From assembly GCA_964016885.1 (NCBI GenBank), contig OZ024742.1, forward strand, positions 219,232,001 through 219,296,000: DNA of 64,000 nt. Reading direction: 5' to 3'. How positions within the stretch are numbered: position 1 is the first letter of the stretch; each line of letters starts with the position of its first letter. Made by a program: the position numbers and the translations under genes. The stretch is from Eledone cirrhosa. Taxonomy: Eukaryota. Shown here piece after piece: positions 24,867 to 39,446 of the stretch. Below the pieces are notes generated by a model. The model worked only from the letters and a program-made list of their open reading frames with translations. It was not told the origin of the DNA and searched no databases.

Positions 24867-25612
24867 TAAAATGATACATGACGTACCCTGAGATGTTAGA
24901 TGGTTAAGATTTAATCAAGGTAGTGATTAACGTATGAGAAAACTCAACATACCCTAATAATGAGAATATGGGAAAACGTAATAGAATCAATAGATACATT
25001 GCTTTAATGTAACAGTTATAGAGTTTTTAAAATCTGGGATATTACAATGAGGATTATAGAGGAAGACGTCTCTGGAGTTATAATTTTTTAAGTTTTTGGC
25101 TTGAGAAAGCAACTAATAGATAATTAAAGAGAGGGAGAGATAAAGGGGAGTAATTTATGCAGAAATGTTCATCAGACACATAGACTTAGCGGTTAAATTT
25201 CAAAATATTTAATTTATGTTATTTTAGGGTGAAGAATCAAAATTTTAGGTTTTAAAAGTTGATGGTTATTTGTATTAATTTTATAAATTTTATAAATGTG
25301 TTAGATTTCTAAAATTCGAAGTTTTATGAAAACAAATTTAAAGTAAGCCCGCGAAAGAAAATATATACTGTTCAATATTCACATAAAGGTAATCTTTAAC
25401 AAAATTACTTGTAATAGTATCAACATTTTCGGTATGTATAATTTATGAAGTACTTACTGTTATAAATATCGAGGAATTTATTGTTAAATAGATATATTGT
25501 CTAAAGAATAGTAATTAACGCAGAGTTCGTTCTTCCCTTGAAAGTAGAACTAATATAATGATTTAATATAATATAATAAATAATAATTTATAGTCCTCTT
25601 ATTATGATAAAT

Positions 25613-25667
<55 letters not shown>

Positions 25668-28600
25668 ACAAACGAAGAAGGAAGCACCACACCGAAGATG
25701 AACTTCCCAACCTCGCTACCATAAGAAGGAACAAAAACCCAAGAAATCATCTCCCCCAGAATGACATTTACAACTTTCCCCCTTCAAGGAGACACCATAC
25801 CAAATCACTCAACTACTACACGGATGCCTCATCGTCAAACATAGGGAAAAGATACCACCGCCATGATAGATGTAACAACTTCCCCGCTTCAAGGGGACAG
25901 CAAGGTAATTACCATTTTCTCAACTCTCGCTTCCACAATACACAACAAACCCACACCACACGATACAACCAACAACGTAGGCCACTTATAACACCACAAT
26001 ACAACATGGCACATAGAAACACACACCCATACTCTCAGTACAGGAACACCCCATTCAATCTACAACCACCAACCCGAACCACATTTTACAACAACAAGGA
26101 ATATAACAAACACAGGAGACCACTTAACATCAGCAGACAACCCCTCTACCCCAACCATTTTTTAGACACAGCACACAGATACAGGCAAACAAAATAACAC
26201 AAGACAGAGAGGAGAAACCGATAGTAATAAAAATTATCAATCTTACTAGTGCAGAACCAACACCCAACCTTATCAACTTACTCTCCAAAGGTCTTAAATT
26301 CACACCGACCCCACTACGTCCTAACTACTATGAAATGAAGGAAGACATCACAGACTTCTGTAGAAAGTTACGACTTAGTGAACAACTATTCGACCAGTAC
26401 AATGAGGATGAATCATTAGCCAGAAATAGAAGCAATTACACCCCTTCAAAAGGTAGAAATAAAATCCTGGACAAATTCTGTGAACACATCACAAACTTCC
26501 CTTACCAACACTTGCACAGACAAAAACACAAGCCAAACCTCAACAAGAAAGAATGGGAAGAATTAAATAGATTAAAAACCGACAGAACCATTACAATTAA
26601 AGAGGCTGATAAAGGGAGTACAGTAGTCCTAATGGAGACAGAATTCTATATCAACTTAGCGCTCTCCACTTTGGAAAACGAAACATACTACGAAAAGGCT
26701 GAACACTACAATCAACAGAAAATTATGAGAAACCAAAAACTCTAATCAACCAATACAAAGAAGGACTCACTAACAAGGAATTCAGCTTCATCACAGACTT
26801 CACAAGTAAATCCAGCCTTTTCTACGGTATCCCTAAAGTACATAAAAGCGAATCAATAAGTAAGGCATGCAAGGAAGCCACAGACATAGTCATCAATGTC
26901 CCCTCACCCAATGATCTCAAATTAAGACCTATAATAGCAGGCCACGCTTGCGAAACACACCGTCTTAGCAACTTCATTGATACCCTTCTCAAACCCTTCC
27001 TCAAGCACATCAAAAGCTATATAAGGGACGACCTAGATATGCTCAATCACCTCCCTAATATGCCACTTCCTGAACAAACCCTACTAGTGACGTTCGATGT
27101 AGTTAACCTATACTCCAACATCCCCCACAACCTAGGAATAGAAGCTATCCAATTCTGGCTGGATAATTACCACAATGAACTCCCACAACGCATCAAAAAA
27201 GAATTCGTGATAGAGTGACTCAAATTTATCTTGGAGAACAATTACTTCGTTTTCAATAACAAACCCTACAGGCAGAAATCTGGGACCGCTATGGGAACGA
27301 AAACAGCCCCCACTTATGCCAACCTAGTCATGGGATACCTGGAAATCACCCTCTACACTAAAGTCCTAAACAAATTTGGAAACACCCTCCACTTACACAT
27401 TGAAAGGAACTGGAAGCGATATCTAGATGACTGCTTCATCCTTTGGCACGAAAACATCGAAAAACTTAAAGAATTTCACACCCTTATAAATGGGCTCAAC
27501 ACAAATATTAACTTCACGATGGAATACAGCCATCAACAACTCCCCTTCCTCGACATCCTCATTAAGATCCATAACAAAAAATAGAAACAGACATATACTA
27601 CAAGCCCACAGACTCCAAGCAATATCTCCCCTTCAACTCTTGCCACCCTAGACACGTTAAAATTAATATTCCCTACAACTTAGCCAAGAGAATCTGTACT
27701 ATAGTCTCCAATAAAAACATCTGCTACTTACGGCTACAAGAACTAAAGGACACACTCATAGGCAGGGACTACCCTGCATCACTAATTCACAATGGAATCC
27801 AACGTGCCCTAAAACTCAGTACCCAGGACCTTAGACACCCTAAAGTAAATCAACCAAAACTAAAAGCTCTTCCATACATCTCCACACACAACCCCCTCAA
27901 CAATGAGGCCTTTGACACCATCCTCCAGAACATCCCTGTATTGAAAAAGGACCATAGAATGAACCAAATTCTACGAACACACGATATCATAAAGAGCAAA
28001 AGACAATCCAAGTCAATGAAAAACATCTTAACACATGCCAAAGTACTGTCAACCACAACAACGAAACCCACAGTAAAAAAATGCGATAGACCCAACTGTG
28101 GCATTTGCATCAACCTAATAGAGGGTTCGGAATTCTATTTCAAAGATGGACAACGTTTTATAGTAAAACACAATTTCACATGTGCATATATGTATTAACT
28201 TGTTCAGGTTGTCGAGAACAATACATAGGCCAGACCAAAAACAGCCTCCGCCAACGCATGACTGTCCATAGATCCCAAATTAAAATACGGGAATACAGGA
28301 AAATACCACTGAGTGAACACATTGATACCTTGGCCGCCCAAAATCATCCCAACTTCAGAATCTTTCCCCTCTACAAATTTAAAGATAATGCCAGCAAGGT
28401 ACATACCTACATCAGCACACATCTCTACCCACATATAAACACAATGACATACGTAAACACACATGCTCTATGGTGCAACACACAAAAAAATATATGTGCA
28501 TATATATGTGTGTATATATATGTATATATGTATATATATATATATATATATGTATATAGTGAATATATGTATGTGTGTATATATATATAGTGAATATCAT

Positions 28601-28902
28601 TTCACACCTTTTATTGTTAAGATTTTTGATGTTCTATTAAGAGAACCGATTTTACTGAAAAAATCGAATAATGTACACCATTTTACCAGGGGGAAAAAAT
28701 ACTGGTCCACCCACACACACACACACATATATACACACACACATACACACGCGTACATCAACATACAAAGAGACTTATATACACACATGCACTTCTCCGT
28801 ATAAGACAAAAGCTGAAAAATATCTTTTGACATGGTAAAATACCCCCCATTGCTTTCAGACACATTCGTACTGACCATCCCTGCCACCACAAATTACTCT
28901 GC

Positions 28903-29001
<99 letters not shown>

Positions 29002-29587
29002 ATCTCAATAGCCATTTGACACACATCGCTGCTAACCATTATCACAACATCGAACACCTTACTACTACTACTACTACTACACACACACACACACACACAT
29101 ACACACACACACATATTTGTTGTGAAAGAGTCATTTCTCAATCTTGGCGCAAAACCAATTTTTTATTCACATGACCTCTACCGACCAATCAAAATTGTTT
29201 TGACCACAAGAATTGTTGCTGGAGCCACTTTTTTAACATAAAAACAGTCTTGGCGCAAAATCAATTTTTTACACTCACATGACCTCTACCGACCAATCAA
29301 AATTGTTTTGACCACAAGAAATTTTGCAACACCAAAGTAATGCTGGAGCCACTTTTTTAACATAAAAACAGGTAGAATTCCCAAAACTAATCAGATCAGA
29401 GCAAACAGCACGGACACTCTATCTCAAAATTATTTTTGAAAAGCATTTAGAAATGCGCAACCGGTAAAAACTTAAAAACTTAAAACCACAACTGAATACT
29501 AACCCATACAATCACTAATACTCTTTTATTCCTAATTAAACCATTTTTCAACTGTGAACAATTTGTCAGCATTTTCTATTCCGTTTA

Positions 29588-29591
<4 letters not shown>
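25668..29591 (+). mobile_element. Near-full-length Penelope-like element (Neptune-type RT plus GIY-YIG), disrupted
   Basis: LLSKGLKFTPTP, IKEADKG, FYGIPKVHK, LRPII, DVVNLYSNIP, GTAMGTKTAPTYAN, RYLDD, Cys-rich linker KCDRPNCGIC, YVLTCSGCREQYIGQT; several stops and frameshifts; about 1.2-kb 3' non-coding region ending at (TA)n. Confidence 0.92.
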
Positions 29592-29620
<29 letters not shown>

Positions 29621-29889
29621 CTGAAAACTCTGCGTTAATTATTATACTTTAGACAATATATCTATTTAACAATAAATTCCTCGATATTTATACTCTGTAC
29701 TATGGATAGTTTTAACGTACGGCGTTGTTTGACACAACAAGCAGATTCCTTAATTAGGTAGCGAGTTTACGAGAATTCCCATGTAGGTTATTCTTGGAGT
29801 AATAATAGTGAAAGAGTGAAGAATAATATGGTCGGCTGTGCAAAAAGGGTTTTATTTACAGCATTAACAATTGCTTCATTGATCAGGTG

Positions 29890-31048
29890 AGTCTAAATCA
29901 CTCGACCTTAAATCCGCTTTTACTATAATTCCGTTAGTGTTGCGTAGTTTTTTGGAGGCTTTCCCGTCTATCTACTAACGAACATATTTTCAACGACCAT
30001 TCCACATATTACAATGAAGTTCTTGATCGGAGTGGATTTGTCGATAAGGTAGAATATACAGAGTACGAGAATAAACCTAGAAGAAATAGATCCCGACGCA
30101 TTATATGGTATAACCCACCATATAATATGGAGGTGGCCACACCTTTAGCTAAGATCTTTCTCTCCCTTATTATGAAGCATTTTCCCCCTACACATAAATA
30201 TAGTAACATTTTTAATAGAAATACTATTAAAATTTCTTACTCTACGACTCCTAACCTTGCACATAACATCACAGCTAAACTACCTAGCCGTAGGAACACG
30301 TGCAACCCTGTAGTTAGTACTAACTGTAATTGTAGGAATCGGGTTGATTGCCCCCTATCCGGGAAATGCCTCTCTAGTAACTTTGTCTACAAATGTAAGG
30401 TTGAAACACCCACGTCCTGTAGGGCCTACATAGGGTTAACCGCCAATAAATTCAAGCAGCGTCTTTACATGCATATCCATTCTTTTCGTAACCCTTTAAG
30501 AAGTAATATGGCGTCACTTTCAGCTTATATCTGGAGTCTAAAAGACAACTACACCCAATATAAGTTACACTGGGAGATCCTAGCTTGGGCTAGATCGTAT
30601 AACGGAAATAAAAGACCATGTGACCTCTGCGCCGCTGAGGCCCTGGAAATACTCTACGCCAAAGACCACTTCTTAAACAAAAAATCTGAGGCAATTTCGG
30701 CTTGTAAACATAAATTGCACAAAACTTTCCTGTATGTACCGCTCCAAATAATGACGTATTATCTTCGTTTTTTTTCCGTTCTTTGCCAGGGAACGTTTCC
30801 ACAAACCAAAGTATCGTCTTCCTGTCTTCCTCCAGCTGCAACGGTTTTTGAAATATTCACTTCTGCGTTTACAGATTGACTCTGTTAGTTTCAGAAGATC
30901 CCGTTAAGGGTGAAAGCAGCGATTCTTTGCTTAAACTTTAATCTGTTATTTTAATAAATATTTGCTCTACGGTTCTTATATATTTGATATATATTCATCC
31001 TTATCGAGCCCGCTTTGGATTTTAGTCTTCAAATTTATTATTATTACT
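29890..31048 (+). mobile_element. 5'-truncated Naiad-like Penelope element (GIY-YIG end plus 3' pLTR)
   Basis: IIWYNPPY, KHFP, IFNRNTIKISYS, CNCRNRVDCPLSGKCL, VYKC, YIGLT, CDLC..E, LNKKSE...CKHK (ORF 30127-30879). Confidence 0.85.
30887..30937 (+). ncRNA. PLE-associated hammerhead ribozyme (core CAGAAGA, U4A)
   Basis: agttt-CAGAAGA-tccc(gttaa)gggt-GAAA-gca...tgc-TT-aaact, immediately after the ORF. Confidence 0.6.
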
Positions 31049-31063
31049 ATATGTATTTATATA

Positions 31064-31181
<118 letters not shown>

Positions 31182-31184
31182 TAG

Positions 31185-31237
<53 letters not shown>

Positions 31238-31592
31238 TGTGTGAGTGACCGTGAGTTCGATTCCCGGTGGTACCTTGTGTTTTTTTTATTTCCTGTTGCT
31301 CTGCTGACAAAAAAATGTGTCGTACTTGTGATTCAAAGCGACAAGCTTGTTCCAACCTGTGTCATGTTAAATCTTCCTGAGAATTACGTTAAGGGTATAC
31401 GTATCTGTTGAATGCTCAGCCACTTGTACGTTTAATTCATAAGCTGAAACACTCGTCGTCAGAACCATTATAGGGTCTAATAATAACACACACACACACA
31501 CTCACACACACATATATATATATGTGTGTGTGTGTGTGCATATATATGTATATGTATATGTATATATATGTGTGTGTATATATATGTGTATA

Positions 31593-32476
31593 TCTCTATC
31601 TATATAAAACAGAGGATGTCTGTCTGTCTGTGTAAATCCCTAAAACTCGAGAATTACCCGACCGATTTTTTTCGAACTTTACACATGCGTTACTTATATT
31701 TCTTGAAGTTCAATGGGCTAAAATTTTAACTTTTTCTGCCTTAGGCGAAAAACCGCATTTTTTAGGCACGCTGATTTCATCATCTCAATATCCCTCTTAA
31801 ACGTACAACCCTACTTGGTTTTCACACAATTGACTACGTCGCTCCTTCAGACTGACGTGTATTCCCCATCCGTGACGTAATTCGTGAACAGACTTACGAC
31901 ATACATCGCCCCACAACACTTACTTACTCCTTTCGCATACAGGATTTCCGCAATCATCCCACTGACACTGCTACTACTGGTGTCCCTGCTCGAGATCAAT
32001 CCTGCACTCATACCACAGAAAGTACACTATTATTTATATCACCAGTTTTAAGCAATTGCATTGACTACAACGCCTATCAATGGCCTAACACTTCATTTAC
32101 GCCCACTTTTAGTTTCGTGGCGTTGTATAGGTTGTGGAGTATTAATTCTACCTACTTTGCCAGTTACAGTAGATGACTGGGTGCGAATCTATAAAACTCG
32201 AAAAGTACCCAACCGATTTACTCCACATGGAAGAAAAATCATACTCTAAGATTTAGTACGCTTAAAGAGTATCCAACTGATTTTCTTCAGATTTTGCACA
32301 TGCATGCAGATGTTTTACGATTCGAGCCTGCTGGTGTTCTACGTTTCCAGTAGATGATCAATCATTCCTTGAGAATAAGGGAATTCAAAAAGTACACAGC
32401 TACATTCCTCAATCTTTGCATATGCGTGTTTCTATTTAACGTTTCCTACCCGTGCAACGCCGGGTCCTGCTGCTAG
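31593..32476 (+). mobile_element. Non-autonomous Helitron
   Basis: 5' TC...TATATAAAA, (GTCT)n, repeated AAAACTCGA...ACCGATTT motif, 3' hairpin CCCG...CGGG followed by CTAG|T. Confidence 0.75.
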
Positions 32477-32504
32477 TATATATATATATGTGTGTGTGTG
32501 TGTG

Positions 32505-32536
<32 letters not shown>

Positions 32537-33182
32537 TGTATGTATGTATGTATGTATGTATGTATGTATGTATGGCGGAAGAACTCATAAGAGTTAACGG
32601 CCATCCGAAAGTGTGTAAATATGTATATACACATGTATCGCGCGGTTAAACCACTGGGAGTGAAGGACCACTAGCCTTTGTCAAGGCATTCTTCTAGAAG
32701 AAGGCAACACAGGAAACTGGGATAACTATGATATAAAACCTGCGGCTCAGTAGTTACCGATGATGTTGATCTTTTCTTTTTTTCGGATTATAGCTCAGAG
32801 AGTGGGATTGGCTCAGTGCAGTCTTTCCTCACTTTAAAAAAATATCTTCATGCACAGGCATTGCTCGATAGAATTAATTAATAATTATCAATAATGGTAT
32901 ATCGTGCAATGGCCATACTCGATATCGAGGTGGGCAGCCATCGCGTATGTATGTATGCATCGCTCAGACAAATTAATATAGGTAAAACCACAAAATCGAA
33001 TAAATGGGAGAAAAATGCAGTCGACCAATGTACTTGGCTAATAATTTCTTTTATTGACGTCTGAATAAGATGCAAAGATGCGGTGGGATTTGCACTCAGG
33101 GTGTAAAGACCCGGAAGAAATACTGCGAAGCATTTGATCGATGCTCTACCGACTCAATCCACCACCCTCTCTCTCTCTCTCG

Positions 33183-33234
<52 letters not shown>

Positions 33235-33408
33235 TATATAGATACACACATACTCATACACACATATATATACGAGCAAAACTCGATGTGGGTAGACACG
33301 ACTCACATATGTGTTCATGCTTATGTATCGATATGTATGTGTATCCTCTATAATTTGTATATATACATATATATAAAAACCAAAATCCAAAGAGGACTTG
33401 ATAAGGGT

Positions 33409-33470
<62 letters not shown>

Positions 33471-33500
33471 AGAATAGAGGTATAACACACGAGTTATGAT

Positions 33501-35609
33501 ATATTGGTAAAAGGAAAAGAAAATGCTGACAAATTGTTCTCAGTGAAAAATAGTTTAATTAGGAATAAGTAAAAATTAGTAATAGTATTGGTTAGTATTC
33601 AGTTTTGGTTTTAAGTTTTACCGGTTGCGCATTTCTAATGCTTTTCAAAAATAATTTTGAGATAGAGCGCCCGTGATGTTTGCTCTAATCTGATACACAT
33701 CAAAAGCTATATAAGGGACGACCTAGATATGCTCAATCACCTCCTTAATATGCCCCTTTCTGAACAAACCCTACTAGTGACGTTCGATGTAGTCAACCTA
33801 TACTCCAACATCCCCTACAACCTAGGAATAGAAGTTATCCAATTCTGGCTGGATAATTACCACAATGAACTCCCACAATGCATCAAAAAAGAATTCGTGA
33901 TAGAGGGACTCAAATTTATCTTGGAGAACAATTACTTCGTTTTCAATAACAAACCCTACAGGCAGAAATCTGGGACCGCTATGGGAACGAAAACAGCCCC
34001 CACTTATGCCAGCCTAGTCATGGGACACCTGGAAATCACCCTCTACACTAAAGTACTAAACAAATTTGGAAACACTCTCCACTTACACATAGAAAGGAAC
34101 TGGAAGCGATATCTAGATGACTGCTTCATCCTTTGGCACGGAAACATCGAGAAACTTAAAGAATTTCACACCCTTATAAATGGGCTCAACACAAATATTA
34201 ACTTCACGATGGAATACAGCCATCAACAACTCCCCTTCCTCGACATCCTAATTAAGATTCATAACAAAAAAATTAGAAACAGACATATACTACAAGCCCA
34301 CAGACTCCAAGAAATATCTTCCTTTCAACTCTTGCCACCCTAGACACGTTAAAATTAATATTCCCTACAACTTAGCCAAGAGAATCTGTACTATAGTCTC
34401 CAATAAAAACATCTGCTACTTACGGCTACAAGAACTAAAGGACACACTCATAGGCAGGGACTACCCTGCATCACTAATTGACATTGGAATCCAACGTGTC
34501 CTAAAACTCAGTACCCAGGACCTTAGACACCCTAAAGTAAATCAATCGAAACTAAAAGCTCTTCCATACATCTCCACACACAACCCCCTCAACAATGAGG
34601 CCTTTGACACCATCCTCCAGAACATCCCTGTGTTGAAAAAGGACCATAGAATGAACCAAATTCTACGAACACACGATATCATAAAGAGCAAAAGACAATC
34701 TAAGTCAATGAAAAACATCCTAACACATGCCAAAGTACTGCCAACCACAACAACGAAACCCACAGTAAAAAAAATGCGATAGACCCAGCTGTGGCATATG
34801 CATCAACCTAATAGAGGGTTCGGGATTCTATTTCAAAGAAGGACAACGTTTTATAGTAAAACACAATTTCACATGCGCATCAGAAAATCTAATATATGTA
34901 TTAACTTGCTCAGGTTGTCGAGAACAATACATAGGCCAGACCAAAAACAGCCTCCGCCAACGCATGACTGTCCATAGATCCCAAATTAAAATACGGGAAT
35001 ACAGGAAAATACCACTGTGCCGCCCCAAATCATCCCAACTTCAGAATCTTTCCCCTCTACAAAGCATCAGCACCCAGCGCATCAGCAAGGAATCTCACTT
35101 TATTAACAAATACGGACCCCGTCTAAACACTTCTCCCTAAGACGAACCTACAACATACACACGTCAACATACATACCTACATCAGCATACATCTCTATCC
35201 ACATATAAACACAATGACATGTTCTATAGTGCAACACAAATATACACAAATTTGCATACCTTTTGATGTCTATAGATATAAACGTGCCGACACACACACA
35301 TACATATACGCGCACATGCATTGCACACTGATGGGCACATACATATTTGTACACAAGTATTCCAATACGGCAGGGCCTAATGGATTCCCCTTGCAGTACG
35401 TACAATCTGGACACTCACACACACCTTGGTATTATGCCAATGCTATATACCCTTTCACACCTTTTATTATTAAGGTTTTTGATGTTCTATTGAGAGAATC
35501 GTTTTTACTGAAAATATCGAATAATGTACACCATTTTTACCAGTATCACAAAAATACTGGTCCACCCACACACACACACACATTCTCACACACACACACA
35601 CATATATAT

Positions 35610-35640
<31 letters not shown>

Positions 35641-35804
35641 TACACACACGTACATTAACATACAAAGAGACATATATACACACACACACACATACTTCTC
35701 CGTATAAGACAAGAGCTGAGAAATATCTTTTAACATGTTAAAATATCCCCCACACACGTACAGACACATTGCTACTGACCATCCCTCTACCACGAATTAC
35801 TCTG

Positions 35805-35897
<93 letters not shown>

Positions 35898-36390
35898 TCT
35901 TAATAGGGATTTGAACTGTCAGCAGGCTGCGGTTCGCACACACATCCCTGCTGACCATTATCACAACAACGAATACTTTACTACTACTACACACACACAC
36001 ACACACATATTTGTCTTGAAAGGCTTATTTTTCAGTGACTTCTCAATCAGCCGAGACAAACTTACATTTGGCGCAAAATCAATTTTAAACATTCACATGA
36101 CCTCTACCGACCAATCAACATTGTTTTGACCACAATAATTTTTTCATACATCTGGAGCCACTTTTTTTTACATAAAACAGGTAGAATTTCCAAAACTAAT
36201 CAGATTAGAGCAAACATCACGGGCGCTCTATCTCAAAATTAGTTTTAAAAAGAATTAGAAATGCGCAACCGGTAAAACTTAAAACCAAAACTGAATACTA
36301 ACCAATACTATTACTAATTTTTACTTATTCCTAATTAAACTATTTTTCACTGGGAACAATTTGTCAGCATTTTCTTTTCCTTTTACCAAT
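33501..36390 (+). mobile_element. 5'-truncated Neptune-type PLE with inverted 5' terminal segment
   Basis: RT-GIY-YIG region 33695-35140 is nearly identical to 27006-28400; 33501-33694 is the reverse complement of about 36199-36392. Confidence 0.92.
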
Positions 36391-36402
36391 ATATATATAT
36401 AT

Positions 36403-36687
36403 ATACGTTTAAATAGCTTGACAAATCGAACATTGTGGTAGGCAAAATCTAACACACAATAATATACCAAAGTAACGATAGAACTAACAGGTTGAGAAAA
36501 ATACACCTGGACAAATTAAACGATTATCTGTTTAAAGTGTTTCTTTGAAACACTGTAAACGGATAATCGTTTGATTTGTCCAAGTGTATTTTTCTCAACC
36601 TGTTAGTTCTATCGTTACTTTGGTATATTATTGTGTGTTAGATTTTGCCTACCACGATGTTCGATTTGTCAAGCTATTTAAACGTAT
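36403..36687. repeat. Fold-back palindrome centred just 5' of an HHR-like GAAA
   Basis: About 140-bp arms; centre GTGTTTC-TTT-GAAACAC. Confidence 0.8.
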
Positions 36688-36797
36688 GTTATTACTCTAA
36701 GGACCTAACTTATCGAGTGCTTTGCTAACTCATCATGTCATATAAGTAGGCCGAATTTGCTTGCAAACCGCCAGAGATTCGATTTTACTAAATTTAC

Positions 36798-36846
<49 letters not shown>

Positions 36847-36930
36847 AAAGTTCTATTTAAATTGTTGGGATACAACAAGCAAATATTTTTATAACTGATA
36901 TAAAGCACTCAACAAGTATTTGGAGTAAAC

Positions 36931-37261
36931 ATACGATATTAACAAATGGAAAGTATATTTATAAAACCATATTTATTTCATTATACATATTTCAAGGACA
37001 CCAAGTTAAATTATGGTGTGCTTTCATCAGACAAAATATAATATAGATCAGTTTTATAAATAAATATTGATATACCCTTAAAAAATGCAACCATTACAGT
37101 AATGGTTGCATTTTTTAAGGGTATGTCAATATTTATTTATAAAACTGATCTATATTATATTTTGTCTGATGAAAGCACACCATAATTTAACTTGGTGTCC
37201 TTGAAATATGTATAATGAAATAAATATGGTTTTATAAATATAGTTTCCATTTGTTAATATC

Positions 37262-37265
<4 letters not shown>
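36931..37265. repeat. Palindrome (167-bp arms, 1-nt spacer) with one HHR on each strand
   Basis: Centre CCATTAC-A-GTAATGG at 37098. Confidence 0.85.
37158..37222 (+). ncRNA. Type-I hammerhead ribozyme (mirror copy at 36974-37038, minus strand)
   Basis: tattttgt-CTGATGA-aagcacacca...tggtgtcctt-GAAA-tatgta-TA-atgaaata. Confidence 0.75.
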
Positions 37266-37310
<45 letters not shown>

Positions 37311-37316
<6 letters not shown>

Positions 37317-37935
37317 TATGTATACGTACATACATATATGTATACAGACGTACAGTAGTATGTATATATATATATACATACATGCACACATATATATATA
37401 TATATGTCTGTATACATATATGTATGTACGTATACATACTTATATTTAAGTAACAGCCGTACTAAGAGTGAGAAATGACATTTTGTTTCATATTTTCCGT
37501 TTATCGTTTTCGGTACCCCGGCCGATTAACTCACTCAATATGCAAATTAGGCTGCTCAGCCGTTAATATGCATAAGGAAAGTACATAATTTCAGACGCTC
37601 AATTATCTGACAGGAAGGTATACGTTGCTGACGATAGCTAATAAGCTTGAAACTAGTACAGCGTTCCTTTGTCAGTGTTGAACAAATGAGCAACGATGGT
37701 TGCTAGACACTGTACGGCTTAATTCGGGATGTTTGTTTACAAACACACCGAGCATTATAATAAATGTTCAGTGGATCCATACGTACATATATATATATGT
37801 GTGCATGTATGTATATGTATATACATACTACTGTACGTCTGTATACATATATGTATGTACGCATACATACTTATATTTAAGTAACAGCCGTACTAAGAGT
37901 GAGAAATGAAATTTCGTTTCATTTTTTCCATTTAT
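37311..37935 (+). mobile_element. Non-coding HHR retroelement: inverted 5' segment plus partial tandem with about 431-bp period
   Basis: 37406-37500 repeats at 37837-37931; 37311-37405 is the reverse complement of about 37790-37875; TA-flanked. Confidence 0.8.
37622..37664 (+). ncRNA. Minimal type-I hammerhead ribozyme
   Basis: acgttg-CTGACGA-tagct(aata)agctt-GAAA-ctag-TA-cagcgt. Confidence 0.8.
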
Positions 37936-37960
37936 ATATATATATATATATTTTTTTTCC

Positions 37961-37991
<31 letters not shown>

Positions 37992-37994
<3 letters not shown>

Positions 37995-38267
37995 TGTACC
38001 CTCAGCGTTCGTGGAAACCATCACATATTCGCGAAATCGTAAATATCTTCCGCGACTTTTTATGGCTTTTTTCGTGGTAATATATATATTTTTACACCGT
38101 ATATGCCGACCAATAGGCACCCTTTGGCATAAGACGCTCTCCTTTTTTTTAATTATATTTTACGTTATATTTTGACGTTTATTGACAACGTCCAATATTC
38201 GCGGTTTTTCACTCTTCTTCCTGTGAGCTTTAGGAACGTAACACCCGCGAATACCGGGGGACAACTG
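37992..38267. mobile_element. pogo/Tigger-like MITE
   Basis: TA-CAGT...ACTG-TA ends with imperfect TIRs of about 25 bp. Confidence 0.6.
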
Positions 38268-38600
38268 TATATAAGGCAAGGGTAAAGACCTTCTTCGGTT
38301 ACGAATGACCATGGAATTTGCACCTTTCTAGGCACAAGTCCGAGCAAGGTTGTTTGTGGAAGACCAGCAGTCACCTATGCATACCAGCCTTCCCCTCTCC
38401 TCGATGGTGTACAAAGGAAAGGCAATGTCCGACACCAGTGACGTCAACTCATTGTAAGGTTAAACTCAAGTTTAAGTAATGAATTTCGTCTTTCACCCCA
38501 AGCAGGATCATCTGAGATTCAGATAGATAGATATGCTTAGTATTGACGATCACGAGACTACCACATTACTAACTACCACATTCAAGATTAATATATTCTT

Positions 38601-38693
38601 TATTAAGGTCAAGCTTGAGTCTTGTTACTCTGGAGTTTCTTTGAGTACACAGAAGAAACTCCAAAGTAACAGGACTCAAGCTTGACCTTAATA
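38601..38693. repeat. Short fold-back palindrome of an HHR 3' half
   Basis: About 41-bp arms; arm reads GAAA-CTC-ca-GAG-TA. Confidence 0.7.
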
Positions 38694-38864
38694 TGTATAA
38701 CTTTTTTTGTTGTTGTTGAATCACCGGTTTGAGTAGATCGATGCTGGAGTCGAGTCCACAGCTTCCATGAGTGACCTTGAGTCAATCATCTGCGAAACGC
38801 ACGTAGCAGGTCGATACACAATAAAAACATAACTACATGTAAACGAAACGTCATCGTTTTTCTT

Positions 38865-38933
<69 letters not shown>

Positions 38934-38946
38934 TTGTGTGTGTGTT

Positions 38947-38996
<50 letters not shown>

Positions 38997-39446
38997 ACAA
39001 CCTTTTTTATGTGTGAAAATATTTTCATCTTTATAATATCTTTTACACTGGGTGTCGTTCTTGCTACTGATCATTCTAGCGTGAAGGAGCTACCTGTCTT
39101 TTGTTTAATCAGGTGAAAGAAAGAAAACAGTTAGGATAAGCAATGAATTTACAACCTTCCGGCAATTACACTTGTACCTTAATCTAGCCATTGGGCCTCT
39201 ATATACATACATACATACATACATACATACATACATACATACATACATACATACATACATACATACATACATGTATGTATGTATATATGTGTATGTATGT
39301 GTGTATGTATGTATGTATGTATGTATGTATGTATGTATGTATGTATGTATGTATGTATGTGTGTGTGTGAGTATGTATGCACGTGTGTATGTATGTATCT
39401 GTGAATGTATGTGTGTATGTATGTATACCTACATACATGTATATTA

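Noticed and set aside
30127-30879. Selenocysteine-encoding Naiad
   Set aside because: No internal in-frame TGA at Cys positions in this fragment, and no SECIS recognised
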